A stretch of 64,000 nucleotides of DNA. Origin: Clostridia bacterium (GTDB lineage: Bacteria; Bacillota; Clostridia; Christensenellales; CAG-138). The DNA is taken from contig JAGACA010000020.1 of the NCBI GenBank assembly GCA_017614315.1, positions 10,195-74,194 of the forward strand, written 5' to 3'. Numbering within the stretch: the stretch's first letter is position 1; every line of letters begins with the position of its first letter. Shown here piece after piece: positions 27,916-38,012 of the stretch. The translations under genes and the position numbers were made by a program. The notes beneath the pieces are model-generated. The model had not been told where the DNA came from. It made no database searches and was given only the letters and a program-made list of their open reading frames with translations.

Positions 27916-28004
27916 TCGATTGCTTCCTTTCATTATTAAGTGGGAGTGAGGAGTCAGGAGTGAGGACCGGCGAACGACCCGCCAACTCCTAACTCATGAT
28001 TATT

Positions 28005-29705
28005 TTACATTCTCTCCGGCGCTTCGATACCGAGGAGGTAAAGCCCGGTCTTTATCGCGATACGCGCGGCGTCAGTCACGGCAAGGCGCGCGGAGCGTAC
28101 GCTCTCATCCTCGTCCATGATGCGGTTCTCGAAATAGAACTTGTTGAACGAGGAGCAGATCTCGATCACGTTCCTCGCGATGAGATACGGCTCGTACTTC
28201 TCGGCCGCGGACTCGACGGCGGAGGGCAGAGCGTCGATCGCCTTCACGAGGTTTGCGGTGCTCTCGTTGTCGAGGCTCTTCCAGTCGGCCTTTTTGATAT
28301 CGTATGCCCCGGCCTTCCTCAAAACGGAGCAGCAGCGCGTATGCGTGTACTGCGCGTAGGGAGCGGTCTCGCCCTCGAAGTTAAGCGCCTTTTCCCAGCT
28401 GAACGTGAAATCCTTTATGCGGCTCGAATACAGCGGGCCCCATATGACCGCGCCGACGCCGATCTGGCGCGCGACCTCGTCCATATTCTCGAGGTCGGGG
28501 CTCTTTTCGGTCATTATGGCCTTGGTCTTCTCGATGGCCTTCAAAAGCACGTCTTCAAGATAGATCGCGTTGCCCTTCCTCGTGGAGAAGGTGCCTTCGG
28601 GCATGGAGATCATGCCGAAGTTGACGTGCACGCAGTCCTTCGCCCAGTCGTAACCCATGAGCTCGAGCGTTTTGAACACCTGCCTGAAATGCAGGTTCTG
28701 CTGATAAGCGACGACGTACAGGTTCTTATAGAAATCGTAAGTGTTCTTTCTATAGATCGCGGCGGTGATGTCGCGCGTCGGGTATATCGTGCCGCCGTTC
28801 GATTTGAGTATCAGGCAGGGCGGCATCCCGTATGCGGAAAGATCGACGATCGTCATGCCGTTGTCGACGGTCGTCACGCCCTTTTCCTTAAGCTCCTCGA
28901 TGACCGCGGGCATCTTATCCTCATAGAACGCTTCGCCGTTATAGCTGTCGAACTCCACGCCGAGAAGATCGTACGTGCGCTGCGCCTCTTTTAGGGTCAT
29001 CTCCTTGAACCAATCGTAGAGCGCCCAGTTTTCGGGATCGTGAAGCTCGATGGAGCGGAACGCGGCTCTGGCCTCATCCTCCAGCTCGGGGTGAGCCTCC
29101 GCCTCCTGATGGAACCTGACGTAAAGATCGACGAGCTCGCGCATGGGGCTCCGGGAGTTTTCGATCTTTTCGCGGTCGCCCCACTTCTTATAAGCGACGA
29201 GCATCTTGCCGAACTGCGTGCCCCAGTCGCCGAGGTGGTTGATCCTGACGGGATTGAAGCCGAGATGCTTGTAGATCCTCGAAAGCGAGTGTCCGAGCAC
29301 GGTCGTGGTGATATGATGCACGCCGAAGGGCTTGCAGATATTTATCGAAGAGAAATCGATGCAGACGTTCCTGCCCGCGCCCTCGTCCGAGCAGCCGTAG
29401 CTCTCGCCCTCGTTGATCACGCGGAGTATGACCTTTTCGGCCTCGTCCTTCCTGTCAAGGAAGAAATTGAGATAGCCGCCCGACGGCTCCGCCTTTATAA
29501 TGCCGCCGAAGCCCGAAAACGCCGCCGAAAGCTCCGCCGCGATGACGGGGGGAGCCTTTCTTAAGCTCTTTGCGAGCTTGAAGCATGGAAGCGCGATATC
29601 GCCCTTATCGGGGGAGGGCGGGACCTCGAACCACGAGGCGACGTCCGCGGCCGGTACGGACGCGAATGCTTCGACCTTTTCGGCGATCGCTTGCTTGATA
29701 TCCAT
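28005..29705 (-). CDS. argS: Arginine--tRNA ligase
   Basis: 566 aa. Contains the FSTRKG (KMSKS-equivalent) motif and ends ...GIEAPERM, as is typical of ArgRS. Confidence 0.92.
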   Translation of the reverse strand: MDIKQAIAEKVEAFASVPAADVASWFEVPPSPDKGDIALPCFKLAKSLRKAPPVIAAELSAAFSGFGGIIKAEPSGGYLNFFLDRKDEAEKVILRVINEGESYGCSDEGAGRNVCIDFSSINICKPFGVHHITTTVLGHSLSRIYKHLGFNPVRINHLGDWGTQFGKMLVAYKKWGDREKIENSRSPMRELVDLYVRFHQEAEAHPELEDEARAAFRSIELHDPENWALYDWFKEMTLKEAQRTYDLLGVEFDSYNGEAFYEDKMPAVIEELKEKGVTTVDNGMTIVDLSAYGMPPCLILKSNGGTIYPTRDITAAIYRKNTYDFYKNLYVVAYQQNLHFRQVFKTLELMGYDWAKDCVHVNFGMISMPEGTFSTRKGNAIYLEDVLLKAIEKTKAIMTEKSPDLENMDEVARQIGVGAVIWGPLYSSRIKDFTFSWEKALNFEGETAPYAQYTHTRCCSVLRKAGAYDIKKADWKSLDNESTANLVKAIDALPSAVESAAEKYEPYLIARNVIEICSSFNKFYFENRIMDEDESVRSARLAVTDAARIAIKTGLYLLGIEAPERM

Positions 29706-29775
29706 CGTTAAAAATCTCCTTAAACAGGGCGTTATTTCAAATCATACCGAAACAGTATAACACATTTTTTATCTG

Positions 29776-29804
29776 TTGCCAATAGCGAATTCGTGTGTTA
29801 TAAT
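29776..29804 (+). promoter_or_regulatory. Promoter of the sortase gene (likely leaderless mRNA)
   Basis: TTGCCA, a 17-nt spacer, then TATAAT ending at 29804. The ATG at 29813 has no RBS and lies 9 nt after the -10 element. Confidence 0.6.
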
Positions 29805-29812
29805 AACCGGGT

Positions 29813-30574
29813 ATGGAAAAAAACGATCGAAAAGAGAGAAGAAAAAAGAGAAGACGCAGGAACCGGATATTCAATATTTGTCTCTACGTCCTGTCCGCAT
29901 GCCTGATCCTTTTCGGCGTTTATATCATTCTCCGCGAATTCACGTGGGTATTCAATCATAGCTCCGCGGAGGCTCCCGACGCGACGTTCCCGCCCATCAC
30001 GACCGAAGCGGCATACACCGCAGCACCCGATCAGACCGAAAAGGCGACGCACGCTCCCGGCACGACGGAACCTCCCGACCCCGGGCCGACGCCGAGGCCT
30101 GAGCCCGGCAAAAAGCCCGTCAGCATCTCGTTCGTGGACTATGACGTAAACGTCGCCATCGTTCCCATCGGCGTCGACGACGAGGGCAATATGCACGACG
30201 TCCCGTCGGCGGAGATAGCGGGCTGGCTCGAGACCGGCGCGTGTCCCAATCAGGAGGGCAACTGCATCATCGGCGGGCATATCCGCTATCACGGCAAACT
30301 CGGCCTGTTCTCGGTGCTTCGCGACAAGCTCAAGCCCGGCGACAGGGTCATCGTCAAGATGGAGGACGGCTCGTACGCGTTCTACACCGTCTTGTCGGTG
30401 AACGAGTACCCGTATGACGACATCCCGTCGTCCGTGATGTCGCAGACCGGCGAAAAGCGGCTCACCCTCATCACCTGCAAGGGCGATTACGATTATCTCA
30501 TCCACACGTCAAGGACGAGGGTCGTTGTAGTATGCCGTCCCGTAACAGCTTCGGATCAGACGGCAGTCGATTGA
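29813..30574 (+). CDS. Sortase-family transpeptidase with an N-terminal membrane anchor
   Basis: A basic N-terminus plus a TM helix, a Pro/Thr linker, a conserved His (IIGGHIRYH) and the catalytic TLITC motif. Confidence 0.8.
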   Translation: MEKNDRKERRKKRRRRNRIFNICLYVLSACLILFGVYIILREFTWVFNHSSAEAPDATFPPITTEAAYTAAPDQTEKATHAPGTTEPPDPGPTPRPEPGKKPVSISFVDYDVNVAIVPIGVDDEGNMHDVPSAEIAGWLETGACPNQEGNCIIGGHIRYHGKLGLFSVLRDKLKPGDRVIVKMEDGSYAFYTVLSVNEYPYDDIPSSVMSQTGEKRLTLITCKGDYDYLIHTSRTRVVVVCRPVTASDQTAVD

Positions 30575-30601
30575 TCTATTACCAAAAATAAGGAGGTTAT
30601 T

Positions 30602-31348
30602 ATGTCAGGACATTCCAAATGGGCAAATATTAAGAATAAAAAAGAAAAGACCGATAACGCCCGCGGCAAGATATTCACCAAGATCGGGCGCGAGATCGCG
30701 ATAGCCGTCAAGGAGGGCGGCGGAGATCCCGCCAACAACTCCAAGCTCCGCGACGTCATAGCGAAGGCCAAGGCGGCGAATATGCCCAACGACAATATTT
30801 CCCGCTCCATCAAAAAGGCCGTCGGCGAGGGCGCGGGCGTCAATTACGAAGAGGGCACCTACGAGGGCTACGGTCCCGCCGGAATCGCTCTCATAGTCGA
30901 GGTCGTCACCGACAACCGCAACCGCACCGCCGCCGAGCTCAGGCATATCTTCGATAAATACGGCAACGGCATGGGCAACACCGGCTGCGTTTCCTATATG
31001 TTCGACAAGAAGGGCGTCATTATCATCGAGCGCACGAGCGAGACCGACGAGGACGAGCTCATGATGAGCGCGCTCGACGCCGGCGCGGAGGATTTCGTCG
31101 CGCAGGACGACTGCTTCGAGGTCTACACCGCTCCGAATGACTACTTCGCCGTCCGCGATGCTCTCGAGGGCATGGGTCTCAACATCCTCTCCGGCGAGGT
31201 TGCCATGATCCCGCAGACCACTGTCGACGTCACCGATCCCGAACAGGTCGCGAAGGTCGAGCGCCTCCTCGATATGTTCGACGATGACGACGACGTCCAG
31301 AACGTCTACCACAACGCCGTCCTTCCCGAAGAGGAAGACGAGGACTGA
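30602..31348 (+). CDS. YebC/PmpR-family DNA-binding regulator
   Basis: Starts MSGHSKWANIKNKKEKTDNARGKIFTKIGREI. Confidence 0.93.
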   Translation: MSGHSKWANIKNKKEKTDNARGKIFTKIGREIAIAVKEGGGDPANNSKLRDVIAKAKAANMPNDNISRSIKKAVGEGAGVNYEEGTYEGYGPAGIALIVEVVTDNRNRTAAELRHIFDKYGNGMGNTGCVSYMFDKKGVIIIERTSETDEDELMMSALDAGAEDFVAQDDCFEVYTAPNDYFAVRDALEGMGLNILSGEVAMIPQTTVDVTDPEQVAKVERLLDMFDDDDDVQNVYHNAVLPEEEDED

Positions 31349-31362
31349 TCAAAAGAAATATT

Positions 31363-31389
31363 AAAAGGGATCCCAAGGATCCCTTTTTA
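31363..31389. terminator. Bidirectional terminator
   Basis: AAAAGGGATCC-caa-GGATCCCTTTTT. Confidence 0.8.
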
Positions 31390-31398
31390 TAATTCGTT

Positions 31399-32217
31399 TC
31401 AATAGCTTATAGGCACCTTCAGCAGCATGTCGAATATGGGCTCGAGCGCCTCCTTGTCGCCGCTCGTCAAAAACACGGTGCGCGGGGCGGGGGAGACCGC
31501 GGGATCGGCCGAAAGCCCCTCCGATTCGAGCACGCGCTTCAGCTGGCGCGCGGTGCCGGCATTGCCGTCGAAAAGGCGGTGCTCGCCCTTAAAATGCATG
31601 GATGCGTAGCGCGATATCGCCGGCGCGATGAACGGGAAATGTGTGCAGCCGAGCACTATGCCGTCGATCACTGCGCCTTCAAGGAACCCGAGCCTTTCCG
31701 AGAGTATGTCGTCGAACGCGGTCTCGCCGATCTCGCCCTTCTCGATGCGGTCGACGATGCCGGGACAGCCGACATTGATTATCCTCGAAGGGTCGGGCAT
31801 GCGCGCCTGCAGCGCGCGGTACCTGGAAAGCCTCGTTGTCGCGAGCGTCGCGAGCATCAGCACCTTGCCGCCGCCGGGAAGCCTGCACGCGGGCTTTATG
31901 GCAGGCTCAACGCTGACGACGGGCACGCTCAGCCGTTCGCGCAGTACGTTTATCGCCGCGCTCGTCGCCGTATTGCAGGCGACGACCAGCGTCTTTACGC
32001 CTCGGTCGACGAGGCTTTCGGCGGCGTTCTCCGCAAGACAGAGTATCTCCTCCTCGCTCCTGTCGCCGTAGGGGGCGTTTTTGTTATCGCCGAAATAGAT
32101 GAAGCGCTCCGAAGGAAGCTCGATGAGGGCGTTCCTCAAAAAGCTCACGCCGCCGAAGCCGGAGTCGAAGACCCCGACGGGACGCGGATCGTATTCGGTT
32201 TTGATTCCCTTGCTCAT
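31399..32217 (-). CDS. murI: Glutamate racemase
   Basis: Motifs GVFDSGFGG, VVACNTATS and LGCTHFPF. The start overlaps the citXG stop. Confidence 0.93.
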   Translation of the reverse strand: MSKGIKTEYDPRPVGVFDSGFGGVSFLRNALIELPSERFIYFGDNKNAPYGDRSEEEILCLAENAAESLVDRGVKTLVVACNTATSAAINVLRERLSVPVVSVEPAIKPACRLPGGGKVLMLATLATTRLSRYRALQARMPDPSRIINVGCPGIVDRIEKGEIGETAFDDILSERLGFLEGAVIDGIVLGCTHFPFIAPAISRYASMHFKGEHRLFDGNAGTARQLKRVLESEGLSADPAVSPAPRTVFLTSGDKEALEPIFDMLLKVPISY

Positions 32218-33737
32218 TCTTCCTTTATGTCGACCGGGCGTTTCAGCCTGTCGGCGAACTCGTTCAGCTTATCAAGGAATATCGCGGCGGCGAGCATATC
32301 CGCGGCGCCTCCGCAGTTGATATTTTTCTCAATAAGCTCGCGGTCGAACGAAACGACCTCGGGGAGCCGCTTCGAAAGCGGCATGGCGGCTATCTCCGCC
32401 GCGCGGCGGCGGACGAATTCCGCGCCCTCCGCGCCGGCTCGTGAGTAAGCATTGGTGTCGTAAAGCTCCGCCATTATGCCGATCAGCGAAAGCGCATAGC
32501 TGTCGTTGTCGTCAAAGCCCATCAGCTTGAACCCGAGTATCCTGCGGTAAGCGTTCACCGCGGCGGGGAAGCCGGCGCGCGCCTCAGCATCCGCGCCGAA
32601 AACCGGCATGTTTTCACCGAACTTTTCGCGTGCGTCCGCGCCGTGGGTGCCGCGGCCGGGCGCGGAGCGGACGTTCGCCATGCGTTTCGCTTCCGCGATT
32701 ATGTCGAGCGGCTGGCAGCTTTTGCCTTCTGCGGCGAGCTTTGCGAACGCCGAAACCAAAAGTCCCAGACAGAATATCGCACCCTTGTGGGTGTTGACGC
32801 CGCCCGTCACTTTCTTCATGCGCGTCTCCGCTTCGACGCCGAGCAGAGTAAGCTTCGTCATAAGGCTCGCACCGTGCTCGAGCGTGCAGGTTTCGTGAGA
32901 GGGGCAGTCGGCACAGTCGATATTCTCGTCGACGGAGCAGCCCTCGCCGTGCCCGGAGCCCGGCGTTTCGGTATCGGCAGCATTGTACGCCATCAGATAG
33001 TAGTATGGGCGAAGCGCGTCAGCGCTCCTTACGAACATGGCAAGATCCATATCCGCGTTCGCGCCGTTGTTGTTACGGTCGACGAGCCCCGCCTTCGGGG
33101 TGGTCATGACCTCGGAAACAAGGGCGGAATACGCCGCCATGCCCGCCGCATAGGCTATCGCCTCGCGGAGCAGAGCGGCGGTCTTTTCCTCAAGCTCCTC
33201 AACGGAATGCGTCCTGCTCCGGGCGCACTCGGCGGCGGGACGGGAGCAGATCAGACAGCGCCTTTGCGAAGGACGGGCAAGCTTTACGCCGTCCGTTCCG
33301 ATGACGTCGATGTCATAGAGCCTCGAAAAGCTCATCGCGTCCTCGACCTTAACGGCGACCGCCTTTATGAGCTTCGCGTTCAGCCCGCGGAACTGAAAAA
33401 GCGCCTCGCAGCCGGTCTTTTTTATAATGTATTCCTCGTGTACGAGCGAGGCGTTGAACCTGACGAGCGCGTTTTTAAGCTCGCTCACGCCCACGTTGAA
33501 ACAGACCTCGACGGCCTTTTTATACTTGACCGGCCCGGCGATGTTCATCGTAAACGATATCACGGGCAGAGCGTTTTCCCTTATAAGCTCCGCCTGCCTT
33601 TCGGCGCGCCTTTCGCGGCAGGCCGCCATCTCCTCAACGGAGACGGGTGAGGACTCTATCTCCTCCGCGCCGTGCTGATGCGAACAGCCGTGCGCGCATA
33701 CTGCGCAGAGCTTGTCGCTGCATTTTATCTCTTCCAT
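32214..33737 (-). CDS. citXG: Fused CitX-CitG (holo-ACP synthase / triphosphoribosyl-dephospho-CoA synthase)
   Basis: The N-terminal half is CitX-like (ISFTMNIAGPVK). The C-terminal half is CitG-like (KAGLVDRNNNGANADMD). The gene lies in the citrate-lyase cluster. Confidence 0.8.
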   Translation of the reverse strand: MEEIKCSDKLCAVCAHGCSHQHGAEEIESSPVSVEEMAACRERRAERQAELIRENALPVISFTMNIAGPVKYKKAVEVCFNVGVSELKNALVRFNASLVHEEYIIKKTGCEALFQFRGLNAKLIKAVAVKVEDAMSFSRLYDIDVIGTDGVKLARPSQRRCLICSRPAAECARSRTHSVEELEEKTAALLREAIAYAAGMAAYSALVSEVMTTPKAGLVDRNNNGANADMDLAMFVRSADALRPYYYLMAYNAADTETPGSGHGEGCSVDENIDCADCPSHETCTLEHGASLMTKLTLLGVEAETRMKKVTGGVNTHKGAIFCLGLLVSAFAKLAAEGKSCQPLDIIAEAKRMANVRSAPGRGTHGADAREKFGENMPVFGADAEARAGFPAAVNAYRRILGFKLMGFDDNDSYALSLIGIMAELYDTNAYSRAGAEGAEFVRRRAAEIAAMPLSKRLPEVVSFDRELIEKNINCGGAADMLAAAIFLDKLNEFADRLKRPVDIKEE

Positions 33738-33740
33738 CCG

Positions 33741-35402
33741 TTATTCTCCGACGGAGCCGAGCCTGAGCTCGGTGCCGTTCTTCAAAAGCACTACTGTGAA
33801 TCCGTCGCCGGCAGCGACCGCGAGCACATCCTGAAGGCCGCTCACTCCGCATTCGCCGTTGTCGTTCGATCCGCAGGCGACGAGCTTGCCGTCGCGGGTA
33901 AGGCCAACCGTGTGATAGCTCCCGGCGAATATCTTTTCGATGTTCGACCAGCCGGAGACCTTCGTCTGCCCCTTGGAATTGCTTCCCACGGCGGTGACGG
34001 TGCCGTTATTGTGAAGGAACACGCAGTGGTCGAGACCGGCGGCGATGGCCTTTACGCCCGAAAGCCTGCTCACGCTGAGCTGACCTGACGAGTTGTCGCC
34101 GCAGGCGACAACAGTGCCGTCCGCCCTGAGACCGACGGTGAAGTTGCCGAAGGCGGCGATCGCCGTAATGTTCGTCCAGCTCCTTACGCCGGAGACCTGT
34201 CCGAACTCGTCGTTTCCGCAGGCGACGACCGTGCCGTCTGACTTCAGCCCGACGGAATGCGATTTGCCCGCCGCGATCTCGGTAATGCTCCTCCAGCCGT
34301 CGACGGCCGACGCGCCGGATTCGCCGCTGCCGGCGAAGAACACGCGCCCGTCGCTCTTTAAGCCGAGTATGAACCCGTCGCCTCCGACGGCGATCCTCGT
34401 GATGTTCGTCCAGTCGGGGGAGGCAAGACCGCCCCAGTCCCCGCAGAGCGTGACGCTGCCGTCGGGGGTGAGTACGGCATAAACGCCCGCCGCGCCGGCG
34501 GCGTAGCAGTTATCGAAAGCGTCGTTCAGCTTGGTCAGGTAATCGGAAGCGTCCAGATACCCGTCGGCGGCGGTGAAATACGAAAGCGCGAGCGTCCAGC
34601 TCTTGGCGTTGTAAGCGCGAACGCCGTTATCGTAGGCTTCCTTCTTTGCCGCCAGCTGCTCGGAAACGGTGCTGACGCGGGCGAAGCAGAGCTCTGCGAC
34701 GTCATATCTGCCCTCGCTCTCGGCGCGCAAGCCGGCTTCTTCCCAAGCGGCGTCGACAGAATCGAGCGCCGCTTCCTTATCGGGAGCGAACGAGACCGAC
34801 TTCGAGAAGCACAGGGCCGCGCTGTCGAAATCGTAGCCGATCATAAGGAATCTGCCGCGGTCGAGCCAGATACGGGATATCTCGGCATATGAGCCCGAGC
34901 TGCAGAGCTTGAAGGTCTTTTCGGCGGAATCGAAATCCCCCGCGACGAGGAACCTCTGCGCGGAGCCGATCCTTACGGGATCGAGGAGGGACGCATAGCG
35001 GGAATTGTACGAAATGCAGGAGAAGCAGTTTTCACCCTCGATGCGCTGATCCGAAGCGTAAGCCGCGACGCCCTTTTCATAATATGCGGCGTCGATCTTC
35101 TCATAGACCGAGGAGTCGGCGTTCGCCCTTAAGTAATAAGCGCGCGCCTGGGCGAGCTCGCCCTTTTCCACGCTCGCGTCGCCGGCGTTCAGCCATGCGT
35201 TCTTCGCCTGCTCGGGGTATTTCTCAAGCGACTCGAAAGCGAGCGCCGCAAGCACGTATTCGCCGCTGTTATAAAGCTTAACGGCCTTGCGGTAATCCTG
35301 CGCGGGCTTTATCACGCCGGGATAGAGCCATACGGCGAACAGCAGCGCGGTAAGCGCCAGCAGTATCACGGCGGCTGCCAATATGACGTAAGATCTCTTC
35401 AT
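33741..35402 (-). CDS. Membrane-anchored protein with a helical-repeat region and RCC1-like beta-propeller repeats
   Basis: There is an N-terminal TM helix. The C-terminal ~270 aa consists of ~50-aa repeats of the form (I/V)AAG..H(S/T)VGL..DGTVVACG.N..GQ. Confidence 0.75.
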   Translation of the reverse strand: MKRSYVILAAAVILLALTALLFAVWLYPGVIKPAQDYRKAVKLYNSGEYVLAALAFESLEKYPEQAKNAWLNAGDASVEKGELAQARAYYLRANADSSVYEKIDAAYYEKGVAAYASDQRIEGENCFSCISYNSRYASLLDPVRIGSAQRFLVAGDFDSAEKTFKLCSSGSYAEISRIWLDRGRFLMIGYDFDSAALCFSKSVSFAPDKEAALDSVDAAWEEAGLRAESEGRYDVAELCFARVSTVSEQLAAKKEAYDNGVRAYNAKSWTLALSYFTAADGYLDASDYLTKLNDAFDNCYAAGAAGVYAVLTPDGSVTLCGDWGGLASPDWTNITRIAVGGDGFILGLKSDGRVFFAGSGESGASAVDGWRSITEIAAGKSHSVGLKSDGTVVACGNDEFGQVSGVRSWTNITAIAAFGNFTVGLRADGTVVACGDNSSGQLSVSRLSGVKAIAAGLDHCVFLHNNGTVTAVGSNSKGQTKVSGWSNIEKIFAGSYHTVGLTRDGKLVACGSNDNGECGVSGLQDVLAVAAGDGFTVVLLKNGTELRLGSVGE

Positions 35403-35405
35403 TTC

Positions 35406-36398
35406 TTATCGATCGATGCCTTTCAAAGAATTCTTCTCAAGCAGATACCTGAGAGTGCCGTCGGGCACGAGCTCCTTAAGGGAGGAGAGCTCGCCCCTGT
35501 CGAGAGCTTCGCGGACGCTGCTCGCGCTTATACCGCGGAACCTTTCTATCTCAACGACCTCCACGCCGCAGCGGGGGAGGAGCTTTTTCATTGCTTCGTT
35601 ATACGCGTTCGTGACGGGCGAATACGGCTCCGTGCCCACGAACCTCTTCGTGATGTTCAGCTTCGGCGCGATCCTCTCGCCGAAAAGCGCCGCGTCGAGG
35701 GAAGCGTAAACGCTCTCCGCGTCCGTGCCGTCTTTAAGGAAATAGGTGGGGAAGGTCGCGAAGCTTATCATGTAATCGCCGCTCGGCATAACGTGCACGT
35801 TCTTGATATCCTCCGTGCCCTTTTTGACGAGAGCGAGCCTGTCCTCGAACGGGAAGCGCGACCTGTCCTCGCTCACGACGAAGACGTACAGGTGATCGAC
35901 CGCCTTCGCCGCGGTCTCGATCAGATACCTGTGCCCCAGCGTAAAGGGATTGCAGTTCATTACCGCAGCGCCGACCGTGCCCTCGAATTTTTCGATCGAG
36001 CCGAGCCAGCGGTCGAGACCCGCGCGGGCGTTCTCCATAAAGCAGACGTCGCGCGTGGCGGCAAGCGTGTAAAAGCCTATCCCGCGGAAGAGCATCTCGT
36101 TCGAAGCCTTCGTGAACAGAAAGAGCTTCGTTATCCCGCGCATCATCGCCTCCGAGACGAGCTCGGAAACGACGGTAAGCGCCGCGCCCTCGCCCTGCAG
36201 ACGGGGATCGACGGCGATGAATTTCAAAACCTTCCCGCAAAGACTGCCATTCGCGAGTATCTCGCCGCAGTCGGAAACGAGCTGCACGGTATAGTCCGCG
36301 CCGCCCTCGTATCTGAGACCCATTTTATTAAGGAAGGCCTCTGTTTTTTCAAGGCGTGCGCCCGAAAGCTCAACGCCGCGGGAAACGAAATGATCCAT
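35406..36398 (-). CDS. citC: [Citrate (pro-3S)-lyase] ligase
   Basis: The nucleotidyltransferase motif NCNPFTLGHRYLIE is present, and the N-terminal domain is GNAT-like. Confidence 0.88.
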   Translation of the reverse strand: MDHFVSRGVELSGARLEKTEAFLNKMGLRYEGGADYTVQLVSDCGEILANGSLCGKVLKFIAVDPRLQGEGAALTVVSELVSEAMMRGITKLFLFTKASNEMLFRGIGFYTLAATRDVCFMENARAGLDRWLGSIEKFEGTVGAAVMNCNPFTLGHRYLIETAAKAVDHLYVFVVSEDRSRFPFEDRLALVKKGTEDIKNVHVMPSGDYMISFATFPTYFLKDGTDAESVYASLDAALFGERIAPKLNITKRFVGTEPYSPVTNAYNEAMKKLLPRCGVEVVEIERFRGISASSVREALDRGELSSLKELVPDGTLRYLLEKNSLKGIDR

Positions 36399-36469
36399 TT
36401 GAAGTTCCGTTCAATAATACGCGCCGGAAGACGGACGCCCGTCCTCCGGCACGTCAAAGGTTATTCGGT

Positions 36470-38011
36470 TCAGTCCGCAACCTGTCTGATGACGTCGATA
36501 ACGGAATTGTCCCTGTACATCAGCACGCCGACGATCCTGTCGGTGTACTTGATGGGCTCGGGAGTGCCCGCGATCCTCTCAGCGCGGTCGCGGAGCTTCT
36601 CTATGGTGGTCAAGGGGAGACCCGCCTCGACGAACTTCTCATAAAGCTCGGGACGGGCGGGATTGACCGCGATGCCCTGATCGGTGACGACGACGTCCAC
36701 GGTCTTGCCCGGGGTGCAGATGGTGTTGACCTTGCTGCAGACGGTCGGTATGCGTCCGCGGAGCAGCGGGCATACGACTATCGTCATGCTCGCGCCGGCG
36801 GCCGTGTCGGGATGTCCGCCGACCGCGCCCCTGATGACGCCGTCCGAGCCGGTCATTACGTTGACGTTGAACTCGGTGTCGACCTCAAGCGCGGAGAGTA
36901 TGACGAAGTCGAGCTGATTGACCGCAGCGCCCTTGTTGACATAGCTCGCGTAGTACGAAGCGTCGATCTGCTCGTGGAAGCGGTTGTTCTTGACGGAGTT
37001 CGCCGCGATGAGGTCGAAGCTCTGAACGTCGAGTATCTTCTTGACGAGCCCCTCCTCGTGCATCTGCACGATCTGGCCGGTGATGCCGCCCAAAGCGAAA
37101 CGGCACTTGATGTCCTGCTCGAGCATGTACTCCCTGAGGTACCTCGCGACGGCAAGAGAAGCGCCGCCGGAGCCCATCTGCATGGAGAAGTTGTTCTTGA
37201 AATAGCCGGAAGCCACGATCGCCTTCGTCGCGTACTGGGCGATAAGGAGCTCCTTCGGGTTCTTGGTGAAGCGGGTCGCGCCGCTCATTATGCCGTTGGG
37301 ATCGCCGATATTGTCGACCTTGACCACGTAATCCACCTGGCTTTCGGGGATGCCGAAGGGGGTGTTGGGGAAGGAGACGAGGTGATCGGTGATTATTATG
37401 CACTTGTCGGCATAGAGCGCGTCGAGCTTGGCATAGCCGAGGGAGCCGCAGCAAGAGCCTTCCTCACTGTCGCGGTTATAGCCGTTGGCGTTGCCGTAGG
37501 GATCACAGGACGGAGCGCCGAGGAAGGCGACGTCGATATGCAGCTCGCCGGTCTCGATGGCCGCCGCCCTTCCGCCGTGGGAGCGGAAGATGACGGGGAA
37601 GTCCATCAGTCCGTGGGAAACGGCGTCGCCCAGCTTGCCGCGCAGGCCGCTGGTTTCGATGTGCTTGATGACGCCGTTCTTGATGTGGTCGATAAGCGGC
37701 CAATGGCAGTCGGTAAGGGAGCTCGCCGCAAGGGTAAGACCCTTTATGCCCATCTTCGCGATGACGTCCATGACCATGTTGACGACATAGTCGCCGTTCC
37801 TGAAATGATGGTGGAAGGAGATCGTCATGCCGTCCTTTAGGCCGACGCGCCTTATCGCCTCTTCGAGGCTCGGGAGCACCTTCTTCGAGTGCTGCTGACG
37901 CTCGTCGAAGCTGATGGGATCCTTCTGCCAGAGGTTCTTTTCGTCATATACGCCGTGACAGGCGGAGACCTCGTTTATATGGGGAATGGAATTATAGTCG
38001 AACTCGCTCAT
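36470..38011 (-). CDS. citF: Citrate lyase alpha subunit (citrate CoA-transferase)
   Basis: 513 aa in the citDEF order; the CitF family assignment rests on overall similarity. Confidence 0.9.
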   Translation of the reverse strand: MSEFDYNSIPHINEVSACHGVYDEKNLWQKDPISFDERQQHSKKVLPSLEEAIRRVGLKDGMTISFHHHFRNGDYVVNMVMDVIAKMGIKGLTLAASSLTDCHWPLIDHIKNGVIKHIETSGLRGKLGDAVSHGLMDFPVIFRSHGGRAAAIETGELHIDVAFLGAPSCDPYGNANGYNRDSEEGSCCGSLGYAKLDALYADKCIIITDHLVSFPNTPFGIPESQVDYVVKVDNIGDPNGIMSGATRFTKNPKELLIAQYATKAIVASGYFKNNFSMQMGSGGASLAVARYLREYMLEQDIKCRFALGGITGQIVQMHEEGLVKKILDVQSFDLIAANSVKNNRFHEQIDASYYASYVNKGAAVNQLDFVILSALEVDTEFNVNVMTGSDGVIRGAVGGHPDTAAGASMTIVVCPLLRGRIPTVCSKVNTICTPGKTVDVVVTDQGIAVNPARPELYEKFVEAGLPLTTIEKLRDRAERIAGTPEPIKYTDRIVGVLMYRDNSVIDVIRQVAD

Positions 38012-38012
38012 C

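Noticed and set aside
27985-27997. A shared AGTTAGGAGTT 11-mer just downstream of both argS and clpB (near 43872-43890).
   Set aside because: Hundreds to thousands of chance 11-mer matches are expected in 64 kb read on both strands, and no extended similarity surrounds it.
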